Virus record (IMG/VR): IMGVR_UViG_3300034110_001237
Span: 64,001 to 128,000 of that record
Direction: 5' to 3' (one strand)
Length of the DNA: 64,000 nt
From: a virus
Shown here: positions 40,590 to 49,784 of the stretch, piece after piece
Layout: each line of letters begins with the position of its first letter
Position numbering within the stretch: the first letter of the stretch is position 1
Program-made: the position numbers and the translations under genes
Notes under the pieces: model-generated
What the model saw: only the letters and a program-made list of their open reading frames with translations
What the model was told of the DNA's origin: nothing
Databases searched by the model: none

Positions 40590-40621
40590 AGGACTTACAA
40601 TTATGTGAGTCCTTTTTTTTT
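40590..40621 (+). terminator. intrinsic terminator
   Basis: AGGACTTACA-atta-TGTGAGTCCT followed by T run. Confidence 0.8.
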
Positions 40622-40632
40622 GGAGATTTTCT

Positions 40633-41259
40633 ATGGAATCATTAAATAAACAGTATTGCAAAGCGTCTTTGGTCGTTTTGCTAATTGTTTTGATTTCTTT
40701 TTGTATTAATTCTATGGTGCTCAATCCTTTCGAAGAAGCTCCCTATATCTTTCGCATTCTATATGCTGTCACTGCAGCTCTGGTAGTGTTGGTTCTTTTC
40801 AAGTCAAGAACATTACTGGTGCAGCTTGATTTTTTTAGTCTTACAAAATATCTCTTCTCATTTGTATTCGCCATTACCTTTTTCTCAGGAATCATGACAA
40901 TCTTCAACCCACAAATAACGCAACTTATTGTGGCTAAAAAATATGACGACTATTCCGTGCAGATTAAAACCGAAGATCGTTATCAACCCATTTATTACTA
41001 TTTTGCAGTCGCTCAACAAAAAAATAATGTCAAATATTTAGTCAATTTTGAAAAAAATGGGGTAATTGATAATTTTATTTATCTGGATGATAAAGGGCTT
41101 GATGCTTTAACCAATATCATGAAAGTCTCCAAAGATAAAAATCTTATTGAACTGTATGATACGCTCAATAAAGATGGTAAGATTAGTAAGAAAGAGGCTA
41201 AACAGATATTGCTTTACCTTACGACCTTTGGAGTGACCTATGAAAAACAACCTTTTTAA
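40633..41259 (+). CDS. 3-TM membrane protein
   Basis: RBS GGAG; three hydrophobic segments then soluble domain. Confidence 0.8.
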   Translation: MESLNKQYCKASLVVLLIVLISFCINSMVLNPFEEAPYIFRILYAVTAALVVLVLFKSRTLLVQLDFFSLTKYLFSFVFAITFFSGIMTIFNPQITQLIVAKKYDDYSVQIKTEDRYQPIYYYFAVAQQKNNVKYLVNFEKNGVIDNFIYLDDKGLDALTNIMKVSKDKNLIELYDTLNKDGKISKKEAKQILLYLTTFGVTYEKQPF

Positions 41260-41524
41260 GCGGTTTTACAAAAGATTTGAGCATTACTTTACAACTGATG
41301 AAGAACGCGACCCTTGCCCATCTTGTGGTGGTTGTATGCGTCATCGTTTACATGAAGACAGTGGTATGTCGGCAGAAGCTAAGTTTGGTTGTCTCAAATG
41401 TGGTTACACTGAGTTTCGTGGTGGCACTGGCAGTGAAATATGGTTGGAAAAAATTTATTTTGCAAGACAAAAAAATTTATATTTGAGAAAAAAGTATTCA
41501 ATTATTGTAAAATATGATGTATAG
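41240..41524 (+). CDS. small zinc-ribbon protein
   Basis: CPSCGG...CLKCG. Confidence 0.75.
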   Translation: MKNNLFKRFYKRFEHYFTTDEERDPCPSCGGCMRHRLHEDSGMSAEAKFGCLKCGYTEFRGGTGSEIWLEKIYFARQKNLYLRKKYSIIVKYDV

Positions 41525-41560
41525 TAACAATCACACATACTTGTCAATGGAGATTTAATC

Positions 41561-41905
41561 ATGGGTAATAAAAATAAACCACAACGTTTTGAAGGCTTCT
41601 GGTGGTCAGAACGTGAACCGCACTTCCCAAAGCCTGTTAGTTCCGATGTAGCGTTTGAAGGCAAAGCCGCTGTGGTTGAAGCACTCGAAAAACTGGAAAA
41701 AAATATTTATACTCATAAAGATCGTGCTGGCACTTGTGTTTACTTTAAGGGTTGGTCTAACTGCCGGTGTTGTGGTGCAGAAAATGGTTCAGCAGAGTTT
41801 TCTTATAAGAACTGGAAATGGCCTGATGGGTTGTCTCATTATGTTAAAGTGCATAATGTGAAACCTTCTGATGACTTCTTGAAAGATGTGTTGCATATTG
41901 GTTAA
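41561..41905 (+). CDS. hypothetical Cys/His-motif protein
   Basis: Y.KGWSNCRCCG..NGS.E...W.WP.GL.HYV..H.V.P; RBS GGAG. Confidence 0.8.
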   Translation: MGNKNKPQRFEGFWWSEREPHFPKPVSSDVAFEGKAAVVEALEKLEKNIYTHKDRAGTCVYFKGWSNCRCCGAENGSAEFSYKNWKWPDGLSHYVKVHNVKPSDDFLKDVLHIG

Positions 41906-41976
41906 GTTTTGTTCCTGACAATCTTGATTGTTTGTTCTCAAAATGGTATAATATCTTATCATTTTGAGGATAGACC

Positions 41977-42774
41977 ATGACCAAAAAATCGTATGAACTC
42001 ATTGTCAATACTAACCGAGACATTAGCGAACTGTACAAAATGTTGGGTGCTTATATTACCAGCCATATTGAAAAGAAAAGCTCTTGTGAAGGTGATTATC
42101 CTTTTGACTGTGACGATGTTATTGAAGCATACACTGAAAGTAATTGTGATACTTATCCAGACTATTTGTGGTGGCATAACAATACTGAATTCAAGGGGCG
42201 AAATAATGAAGACCCTTACCTTTTAACTTCTGGTAAAGGTTCGTTCTGTGACAAAAACTTCCCTGACATTATCTTTTCGGTAGGCGATACTGATGAGTAT
42301 GTTCGTTCTCAAATCAAAGCCGAAATCTTTAAAAAATTTAATACCATCGTTGATCCAGTTGATAATTCGACATTGATTGATGAAGTCAAAGTGTTGATTG
42401 AATCTGATGTTTTTACTACCAAGTTTACAGAAGAATATTGCCATGCTGTTGTTGAAGATTATAACACGATGGAGAAAGTGTTTTCTGGTTATGTCATTGA
42501 GAAGGTTGAAGTCCCATCTGAAATCAGTGATACATCCTCAATGGTGATCTTTCTTAAACAAGAACCCACCAAAGAACTTGTTGAGAACATGATTGCTCGT
42601 ATTCATCAATTCGTTGACAACTATGAAGCTATTTTGGCTGAGACGGATATGGAAAATAAATGTTTTTGTGACACCACCATTGAAGAAGTCATCACCGATC
42701 CTGCTAACTTTAAAGTAGTGTTTGTTGAATTGGTGGAACATGTAACAGAATCAACAACTAAAAAAATTGTGTAA
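41977..42774 (+). CDS. acidic hypothetical protein
   Basis: TGGTATAAT, RBS GAGGA, 265 aa. Confidence 0.8.
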   Translation: MTKKSYELIVNTNRDISELYKMLGAYITSHIEKKSSCEGDYPFDCDDVIEAYTESNCDTYPDYLWWHNNTEFKGRNNEDPYLLTSGKGSFCDKNFPDIIFSVGDTDEYVRSQIKAEIFKKFNTIVDPVDNSTLIDEVKVLIESDVFTTKFTEEYCHAVVEDYNTMEKVFSGYVIEKVEVPSEISDTSSMVIFLKQEPTKELVENMIARIHQFVDNYEAILAETDMENKCFCDTTIEEVITDPANFKVVFVELVEHVTESTTKKIV

Positions 42775-42989
42775 TATTTGTTACAAAATTAACCCAGCCT
42801 TGTGTTGGGTTTTCGATTGAATGTTCATTTTTTCGATGATATACTGTAATTCATTTTGGAGAATTACATGTTTCACATGCAGGAAGCCAACAACATTGTT
42901 GAGTTACTTCGATCTATTTAAGGTGACGAGCAACAAGTCTTTTAAATAGACAAGTACATTTTTTTAACAATTAATAATAGGCGATTACC

Positions 42990-44009
42990 ATGACTTTCGA
43001 ACGCGACCTTGATCAATTTTACACCAACAGTGACATCGCTCTTAAATGCTATGACTTACTGCAAGGTGTACTGGCACAAAACAATATCAAACCTACCATA
43101 TGGTTAGAACCATCAGCCGGTTCAGGGGCGTTCTTTTCTATTGTGTCTGGTAGTAAGCTAGGTATTGATATTGATCCTAAAATTGATAAAGTGGTCAAAG
43201 CAGACTTTTTGGAATACCCTTTGAAAGATGAAGGTTATATCACTATTGGTAATCCCCCTTTTGGCAAGAATTCCAGTTTAGCCATCAAGTTTTTTAACAA
43301 ATGTGCAGAAGTCTCCAAAGTGGTCGCCTTTATTGTGCCGAAGACCTTTAAGAAAGACAGTGTGCAAAAGAAGCTGAATAACCATATGCACCTTGCTTTT
43401 GAATGGGATGTTCCCAGCGACTCGTTCAACATAAAAAAAGAAATTGTGGACGTGCCTTGTGTCTTTCAAGTTTGGATTAAACAAGACATCGTTCGTCAAA
43501 ACACTAACAAAAGCTCTCTGGTAGAAGATTTTATCTTCACTAATAGAACCACGGCGAACATCGCTTTTCAACGAGTGGGTGTAAGGGCTGGAACGATTAA
43601 AGGGTGTGCAGCATTCCCTGAAATTGCTGATGCGTCACATTTGTTTATTAATACCTTACAACCTGATGTCGTGAAGATTTTGAAAGTTATTGACTGGTCA
43701 GCGATTAAATTTAATACTGCAGGAAATCCAAGCATTTCAAAACGCGAATTGATTAGCGAATACACTCGATACAAAGCGAACCTTGTTGGTATTATTGATG
43801 ACTATCTGTTGTTTAATTTTGATGACGTTATCTCGATTGTGTTCTTGGTGAATGGTAATGTGTTCAACATAAAAGTTGAAGAAGGTAATCTTGTGTTCCA
43901 TGATGCTATTTTTAAAATTCAAGTGGGTAATGTTGACTTTAATTTGGTGAAAGCTGCCTATCTTGATTTCAAAAAAACATTGAATGAAAACCTCACTAAA
44001 AAAAGTTAA
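42990..44009 (+). CDS. orphan amino (N6A/N4C) DNA methyltransferase
   Basis: DQFYT, motif I LEPSAGSGAF, IDID, motif IV IGNPPFG, AFIVP. Confidence 0.88.
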   Translation: MTFERDLDQFYTNSDIALKCYDLLQGVLAQNNIKPTIWLEPSAGSGAFFSIVSGSKLGIDIDPKIDKVVKADFLEYPLKDEGYITIGNPPFGKNSSLAIKFFNKCAEVSKVVAFIVPKTFKKDSVQKKLNNHMHLAFEWDVPSDSFNIKKEIVDVPCVFQVWIKQDIVRQNTNKSSLVEDFIFTNRTTANIAFQRVGVRAGTIKGCAAFPEIADASHLFINTLQPDVVKILKVIDWSAIKFNTAGNPSISKRELISEYTRYKANLVGIIDDYLLFNFDDVISIVFLVNGNVFNIKVEEGNLVFHDAIFKIQVGNVDFNLVKAAYLDFKKTLNENLTKKS

Positions 44010-44102
44010 AATATTTGAAAAAAAAGGTTGCCTTACCGATAAAGTTTTGATAGAATATCTACATTGAATGAGCAAAGCAATACGCTCTCAATGCCTTAAA
44101 AT

Positions 44103-44176
44103 GGCTGCTTGGCAGAATGGTCATGTACCGGATTGCAAATCCGAGTATGGGGGTTCGATTCCCTCAGCAGCCTCCA
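44103..44176 (+). tRNA. tRNA-Cys(GCA)
   Basis: Acceptor GGCTGCT/AGCAGCC-T-CCA, anticodon loop TTGCAAA, GGGGG-TTCGATT-CCCTC. Confidence 0.93.
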
Positions 44177-44228
44177 ACTTTAAAACATAAAAAGACATCT
44201 TAGGATGTCTTTTTTATTGTCTTCATTC

Positions 44229-44774
44229 TTAATTATTTGTGGTTTGTTCTATTTCTGGTGTGTCGATTGCCATTGTTGTTTTTTCGTCACTGCTTTTAAG
44301 GTTAATTGTTTTTACTGCATATTCTGGCTTGTTCATTTCTTCGTATAGATAGTAAGCGACATTACCTGTTATTCCCATATATTTTTTCATGTCATATTCG
44401 ATTACATGTTTTGCATTAACAATGGCTTGATGATTTATATCTGGAAACAAATCTTCTAGTTTTCCTTTGTAAACCATTTTGTCGAACATAATAGCTTTCA
44501 TGTTTCTTAAATCATGAATAACCATAATCAATATGACCAATGGAATGCTAACTGCAGCATAACCAGCCATTAAGTAATAGTACCAATCTGGCATTATTGA
44601 TAATGGAGCCAATAACAAAATCATCATTCCCACGAGTGGCACCATCAAAAAGAGAGTTAATTTAAATAATTTAGGATCTCTTTTTTTATCATACTCTACC
44701 TTATTTTTTTTGAAGTATTCAAAATTTTTTATAAATTCTTTTTTTGCTAATTTTTCTTTCATATTATTCACCAT
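44229..44774 (-). CDS. 2-TM membrane protein, paralog of 48458
   Basis: KEF...FE..KKN, M.YKG...DLF, GITG..AY shared. Confidence 0.8.
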   Translation of the reverse strand: MVNNMKEKLAKKEFIKNFEYFKKNKVEYDKKRDPKLFKLTLFLMVPLVGMMILLLAPLSIMPDWYYYLMAGYAAVSIPLVILIMVIHDLRNMKAIMFDKMVYKGKLEDLFPDINHQAIVNAKHVIEYDMKKYMGITGNVAYYLYEEMNKPEYAVKTINLKSSDEKTTMAIDTPEIEQTTNN

Positions 44775-44914
44775 TCCTTTAAATTATCCTATTATTTTAT
44801 TGATGAATGTCAAATATCAAAGAACTATCCATTTGAATATATTTATGTTAAATAAACTTGACATTATATATTTTTTTGAATATAATACAGACTCAACTTA
44901 TTGGAGAATCGAAA

Positions 44915-45250
44915 ATGAAAAAAATGTCTATTTTGGCCGCTATTAGTATGTCGCTTGCATTTGTTATTGGTTCGCAAGCTATTGCGTCAGAAACTGTTGT
45001 TCAAAGTCAACCTGTAACCTCTGTTACGCCTCTTATTGTTGAAGCCACTCCATTTATGGATGTAAAACAGGTGATTTCTGATAGTCCATTGGTTGCACAT
45101 ACAGCCGAATATATTGCACATGTTCGTTGTCAAGATGAAGCCCGTGTAATGGTATTTAAAGATAGCCAAGGCGTATTGAAGTCGGTTCAATATACTGCCA
45201 GTAATATGAATGGTTGCACTGATGGTGATGGTGGAGTCAATTATCTTTAA
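44915..45250 (+). CDS. DUF2790-like secreted protein
   Basis: Signal peptide; MDVKQVIS...C....RVM.F.DSQG.....Y....NGC, the pattern of Pseudomonas DUF2790 proteins. Confidence 0.7.
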   Translation: MKKMSILAAISMSLAFVIGSQAIASETVVQSQPVTSVTPLIVEATPFMDVKQVISDSPLVAHTAEYIAHVRCQDEARVMVFKDSQGVLKSVQYTASNMNGCTDGDGGVNYL

Positions 45251-45304
45251 CTAGAATACAAGAAAAAAGGTTAGCATGTTCTAACCTTTTTTATTTTAGA
45301 TTTT

Positions 45305-47128
45305 TTACTGTCTACATATTCTATACATTTCTTCCGAAGATCCTACTTCATCTATTATAGCAGAACCTACATAAGTGCTTCTTGTATAGGTATATCCACC
45401 GGCAGCTACAGAAGCTGCGTTCGATCTTAATGTAGCTACAGTTACTCCACCATATCTCCAAGTTTGATATCGGCTTGAACCATTATATATTACTCCATTT
45501 GATGAGCTATATGCTGGACAAATAATACTGCTTGTTGTGGTTACTGATACAGATTTTACTGGACTATATCTTGTAACTCCATTTAAAGATTTCTTAGCAC
45601 TTGCATAATATGTAGTGGTTGTTACAGCAGATGATGCGGTTGATGGTAAGTTTGATTCTGCTGTTCCTGCACTATTCATTCCCTGTAACGTAGCTCCAGT
45701 GCTATATCCAGATCCAGAAAACGTAATTGCAGTGGATTGCACAACCGATGTGCTTACAGCTCCATTTACAGTAAACGTTGTAAATGTTGGGTTGCTTTCA
45801 ACAACAACAGTTTTAGTTGATTCAGTTTCGACATTGGCTTCATTTATAGCTATTACGGTGTAAACATATGTGCCTGCTGCTGTTGGTGTTATTGCTGTTG
45901 ATGTCAAAACACCTAAATCAACATTATTCGTAGAAATACCTGAATTAGCATTATTTGATTTTATCTTATAGCTTGTAGCACCGCTTGATGAGAATGATAA
46001 TGTGAATGGTGCATTTGCAAACACTGTAGATGGGGCTGTAATTGAAGGTGAAGTTGCGGGCTGTATCACATTGACTGTAATTTTTTCTTGTATGGATTTT
46101 CCAGCTCCATTTTTGTTTATATATACATAATCTTTCGAACCTGTTAATGGTGCTACTAATGTTTTACTTTGACCAGTTACATTTACATTATCTAGTAACT
46201 GTTCTTCAAAACCACTTCCAACCCAATTAAAATTAAGGTTGCTGTTTGGCCCTACTTTAATAGTAGTTGGTACACCATTTACAGTAAATGAACTAATTAT
46301 TGGCTCTGGGTACACTGTTATACTTTTCTTTTTATTAATTTTAGTCCCGCTAAAATTTGTCGATTCCAATGTATAGTCAAAATTTCCGACTGTTGTTGTT
46401 AAAATTGATTTTGTGCCTGATGGCAAGTTTACTTGTGAACCATCAAAAGTTAACAATTCAGATCCTTCAACATTCCAATTGAAAATAGCGGTATCACCAA
46501 CAGTTAATTTTTCTTTATCCACATTGAAAGAATTTATTATGGAGTCAGGAACAACTTCAATTGATAATGATTTTGATAAATCTGATATTCCAGTGTAACC
46601 TTTTGCTGTTAATGTATATGTTGTAGTTGATTGTGGATGAACAGTTGTATTGCTATTCAATGACACATTACCAATTCCATTATTAATGCTTACAGCATTT
46701 GAATTGAGCACATTCCAGTTTAATTTAGCTGATTGACCCATACCGATTCTTTGAATATCGCTTGTAAAAGTAATTTCTTGTTCAGGTTGAATGACATTCA
46801 ATGTGAGTTTTTCTTGTCTATTATTTTTACCATTACTTATTGTAATTAAATATTCTGTTGTTTCGAGAGGGGCTACATCTGCAAGTCCTTTTTTTGAGTT
46901 ATAAGAACCAATATTTTCTATGTTAATGTTATTAGCATATTTATAATCCCAAACAATACTGGTTTCTTCACCTCTTTTTATTATTGGCTTTTTTAGCTTT
47001 ATTTCTCCGTTAACTTCGCTATCTTTTATAATTATTTTGTTACCATCCAATGGAACATAAACATTATAGTCTGCAAAACTGTTTCCGCTTAATAAAGCAA
47101 TAATTATTAGATATTTATTTTTATTCAT
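45305..47128 (-). CDS. large secreted Ig-like repeat protein (putative adhesin), A(D/E)Y N-terminal family
   Basis: Signal peptide, ADYNVYVPLD; repeated I.SF........G....(L/F).W.V...TT.Y.L.A units; Cys-containing terminal domain ending YRICRQ. Confidence 0.85.
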   Translation of the reverse strand: MNKNKYLIIIALLSGNSFADYNVYVPLDGNKIIIKDSEVNGEIKLKKPIIKRGEETSIVWDYKYANNINIENIGSYNSKKGLADVAPLETTEYLITISNGKNNRQEKLTLNVIQPEQEITFTSDIQRIGMGQSAKLNWNVLNSNAVSINNGIGNVSLNSNTTVHPQSTTTYTLTAKGYTGISDLSKSLSIEVVPDSIINSFNVDKEKLTVGDTAIFNWNVEGSELLTFDGSQVNLPSGTKSILTTTVGNFDYTLESTNFSGTKINKKKSITVYPEPIISSFTVNGVPTTIKVGPNSNLNFNWVGSGFEEQLLDNVNVTGQSKTLVAPLTGSKDYVYINKNGAGKSIQEKITVNVIQPATSPSITAPSTVFANAPFTLSFSSSGATSYKIKSNNANSGISTNNVDLGVLTSTAITPTAAGTYVYTVIAINEANVETESTKTVVVESNPTFTTFTVNGAVSTSVVQSTAITFSGSGYSTGATLQGMNSAGTAESNLPSTASSAVTTTTYYASAKKSLNGVTRYSPVKSVSVTTTSSIICPAYSSSNGVIYNGSSRYQTWRYGGVTVATLRSNAASVAAGGYTYTRSTYVGSAIIDEVGSSEEMYRICRQ

Positions 47129-47302
47129 TTTATTAATCTATTATAGTTATTTATAAATATTATTGTATAACATATTTAACACATAACAATATCTTTATTC
47201 TATTTTTCTTAATTTTTAACTTGCTCATTGTAAATTTAGAAACTATCCATTTGCATATAGGTTTGTATATCGTATACTCTTTATAAATTATTTTTATAAT
47301 AT

Positions 47303-47857
47303 ATGGAGATTATTATGATCAATACAACAACCATTGAGATGGTTAACCATCCTTTTTCTATTACCGCACTTAATTTGTTGCAAAAAGACTTAGAAATTTG
47401 TGCAAAAAAAATGAAAAAAGTTGGACATGTTTCACTTTTGTTCTTTGCTATTTTGACTTATTTTGGACTTTCTTATATATGGACCTCTGACTTTGTTATT
47501 CACTTTTATTTAGGTGATAGAGTGATGCCAACAGAGACTGTTGGCAAAATGTTAGTGGATTATCGTCTTTACAAAACGAAAATGGGTTTTTCATTCATTT
47601 ATCTGTTGTTTACTGTCGGAATATCACTTTTGGCTTTAATGGGGGTAGATCGTCTTTTAGTAAAACATGTTGACATGACGATTGATGGAGAAGCCATATT
47701 CTTAAACCGAAAAGATTTAGAACCTGTCAAGAAAATTGAGCAGAAAATGATTGCTAAGAATAATGATGTTAGCATCATGTATCAAAACATCTTGAATCAA
47801 GGTCGTGAGGTTCGAAAATTTGAATATACCTTTATGAAAAAGCTTGCAAAAAAATAA
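47303..47857 (+). CDS. 2-TM membrane protein
   Basis: RBS GGAG (start probably the second Met); two TM. Confidence 0.75.
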   Translation: MEIIMINTTTIEMVNHPFSITALNLLQKDLEICAKKMKKVGHVSLLFFAILTYFGLSYIWTSDFVIHFYLGDRVMPTETVGKMLVDYRLYKTKMGFSFIYLLFTVGISLLALMGVDRLLVKHVDMTIDGEAIFLNRKDLEPVKKIEQKMIAKNNDVSIMYQNILNQGREVRKFEYTFMKKLAKK

Positions 47858-47922
47858 TTGCGAGCACATCTATTTTGTGTTAAAATCATATAATTAAAAG
47901 CAGTTTCAGTTAGGAGAATGTT

Positions 47923-48072
47923 ATGCCTAAGATTTCAATTGAACAGATCCGAACAGCCAACCAAAAGCTTATGGCGGGTAAAGGTGGTTCTGTTAAAAGC
48001 TATGCTTCCAAACTTTCTCAATATGACATCAATGAGATGTTGAAGAAAGCTTTTCATTCCTTGCCACAATAA
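47923..48072 (+). CDS. small 49-aa protein (below track cutoff)
   Basis: RBS AGGAG, MPKISIEQIRTANQKL...HSLPQ, TAA 48072. Confidence 0.65.
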   Translation: MPKISIEQIRTANQKLMAGKGGSVKSYASKLSQYDINEMLKKAFHSLPQ

Positions 48073-48083
48073 TTGGAGGTCAC

Positions 48084-48410
48084 ATGACCAAGAAAAAAGT
48101 ATTTGAACCTATCTTTAATGCTGATGGTAATTTCGTGGTGCTTGGTTATGATCCATTTTATTGTCAGTGGGATAATCCGGCACATCGTGCTATTCATGAT
48201 TTATTGTTTGATTCGGATGGTAATCTAAATGAGAAATTTGATGGTAATTTGACTGATGATATTCAAGATCTTGAAGAGTTCATTCAGGAATTGTTTAAGA
48301 AAAATCCGTCAGTATCTCCATTGTGTGATGCGGTTCATTTGTATTTCGCGGAACTGGCGTCCAGTGCAACCAATCAGCAGTATTCAGTTGCCAGTATGTT
48401 CAAGCGGTAG
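48084..48410 (+). CDS. hypothetical protein, paralog of 292..597
   Basis: RBS GGAGG; shared motifs. Confidence 0.8.
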   Translation: MTKKKVFEPIFNADGNFVVLGYDPFYCQWDNPAHRAIHDLLFDSDGNLNEKFDGNLTDDIQDLEEFIQELFKKNPSVSPLCDAVHLYFAELASSATNQQYSVASMFKR

Positions 48411-48457
48411 TATTTTAGCAAACTAAATAAAAAAGACATCTAGGATGTCTTTTTTTG

Positions 48458-48982
48458 TTAATCAATTTCTAATCGTTTTAAACCATGTACTCTGGCAATT
48501 TCATCAATGGCTTGTTGTTCAATAGAAGGTGTTGTTGCGTTATGGATAATCTCCTTATCCGTAAATCCATGATGAATTTTGTACGCAGTTTCTCCTGTAA
48601 TTCCACCTTTATAGAGAATGTCTGCTCTTATTTGTTCTTTGTAATAATTTATGACAGGATGTTCGATGTTGGAAAATAGATCGGATATTAAACCTTTGTA
48701 AATCATGTTATTAAATTTTGTTATTTTTCGGTTTAAAAAAGATTCAAGAAATGATATGGCAAATGTGAACAAACCACCAAAAACAAAAAATGTCCATAAA
48801 TAGTTCATATAAAGATTATATTCTTCATCATCTAATATTGTTGCTACTTTTGTCCCAAATCCTATTGTCATCACTAAAAATAGCATCAGTATAACGAGTC
48901 CATATGATTTAATTTTATATTTGTAATCGTTAGGATTTTTTTTGTAAAATTCAAATCTTTCTAAAAATTCTTTGTTTTTCAT
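48458..48982 (-). CDS. 2-TM membrane protein, paralog of 44229
   Basis: RBS AGGAG before ATG 48982; shared motifs. Confidence 0.8.
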   Translation of the reverse strand: MKNKEFLERFEFYKKNPNDYKYKIKSYGLVILMLFLVMTIGFGTKVATILDDEEYNLYMNYLWTFFVFGGLFTFAISFLESFLNRKITKFNNMIYKGLISDLFSNIEHPVINYYKEQIRADILYKGGITGETAYKIHHGFTDKEIIHNATTPSIEQQAIDEIARVHGLKRLEID

Positions 48983-49137
48983 GATACACTCCTTTATTAT
49001 TTTACAGTTTATTAGTAAAAAAAAATTAATCAAATTTATTCAAAAAACTCCTTGAAAGGTATTGATTGCTTCGTTTCTTTTTGCTAGAATGGCTACATTG
49101 ATGAGATGACAACTCAAAAGTCACTCAGAATTGTAAC

Positions 49138-49240
49138 GCGGATGTGTGAGCGTAATAGGAGAGTTGGCCGTCCGTCCTTGAATAAAGGTTGCTCTACTGT
49201 TGTATTGGTAACGTAGGTTCAAATCCTACCATCTGCACCA
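49138..49240 (+). ncRNA. tRNA-like RNA (Leu-like acceptor) with non-canonical D/anticodon region
   Basis: GCGGATG/CATCTGC-A-CCA, GTAGG-TTCAAAT-CCTAC; 103 nt; no canonical anticodon arm. Confidence 0.7.
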
Positions 49241-49288
49241 AATTTCTTGATTGTTGTGATGGCTTGTGGTATAATCATCACATCAAAC

Positions 49289-49452
49289 GAATTAGGAGCC
49301 TTCGTCAAAGAAGGTTGGATAGCAGCGGTGTCGCGGGCAAGCTATCAAGAAAGGTGAGAAATACTCCCTTTCATAGTAACAAAGTCCATCAGGGTGCTGT
49401 TTGCCTTGATTAAAACGCTTAGGTGAAGCGGTTCTTTGTTACGAACTTATTT
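49289..49452 (+). ncRNA. multi-stem structured RNA, copy A
   Basis: Own TTGATT-N17-TATAAT promoter; stems covary with copy B. Confidence 0.75.
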
Positions 49453-49458
49453 GTCAAT

Positions 49459-49521
49459 TAGCGAAGGAATTATAGTCCTAGTGGCTATGATTAAAACGGT
49501 TAGGTGGACTGGCCTTCGTTA
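49459..49521 (+). ncRNA. stand-alone 3-way-junction module of the repeated RNA (copy C)
   Basis: TAGCGAAGG/CCTTCGTTA closing stem, TGATTAAAACGGTTAGGTG core. Confidence 0.65.
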
Positions 49522-49581
49522 AGACCAATTTTAAAGGTTGTTATTTACAGGTAATTGATGTATAATAACTTCCAGTTAAAC

Positions 49582-49750
49582 GAATACGGAGCAGCAGTTA
49601 AATGTTGCTGAATGGTAGCGGTGGTCGGGCGAGCCATTGTGTGAAGGGGAGGTGATTTCTTAGTCCCTCTCTTAGCAACAAGGGAATTAAGATGTTGTTT
49701 GTCTTGATTAACACGGTTGGGTGAACCGGCCCTTGTTGCAAACCTTATTC
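49582..49750 (+). ncRNA. multi-stem structured RNA, copy B
   Basis: Own TTGTTA-N17-TATAAT promoter; stems covary with copy A. Confidence 0.75.
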
Positions 49751-49784
49751 CAAAGAGTTGTCGATGACAGCTTTTTTTGTTTTA

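Noticed and set aside
45305-47128. Phage tail fibre or structural gene
   Set aside because: Has a Sec signal peptide and no neighbouring structural genes; better explained as a secreted Ig-repeat protein.
49189-49413. 74-aa ORF in track
   Set aside because: Overlaps the tRNA-like RNA, a promoter and structured RNA copy A; no RBS.
49289-49750. CRISPR array or known self-cleaving ribozyme (hammerhead, twister, pistol)
   Set aside because: Repeats are long, divergent and covarying rather than identical with spacers; catalytic cores such as CUGAUGA/GAAA are not evident by eye.
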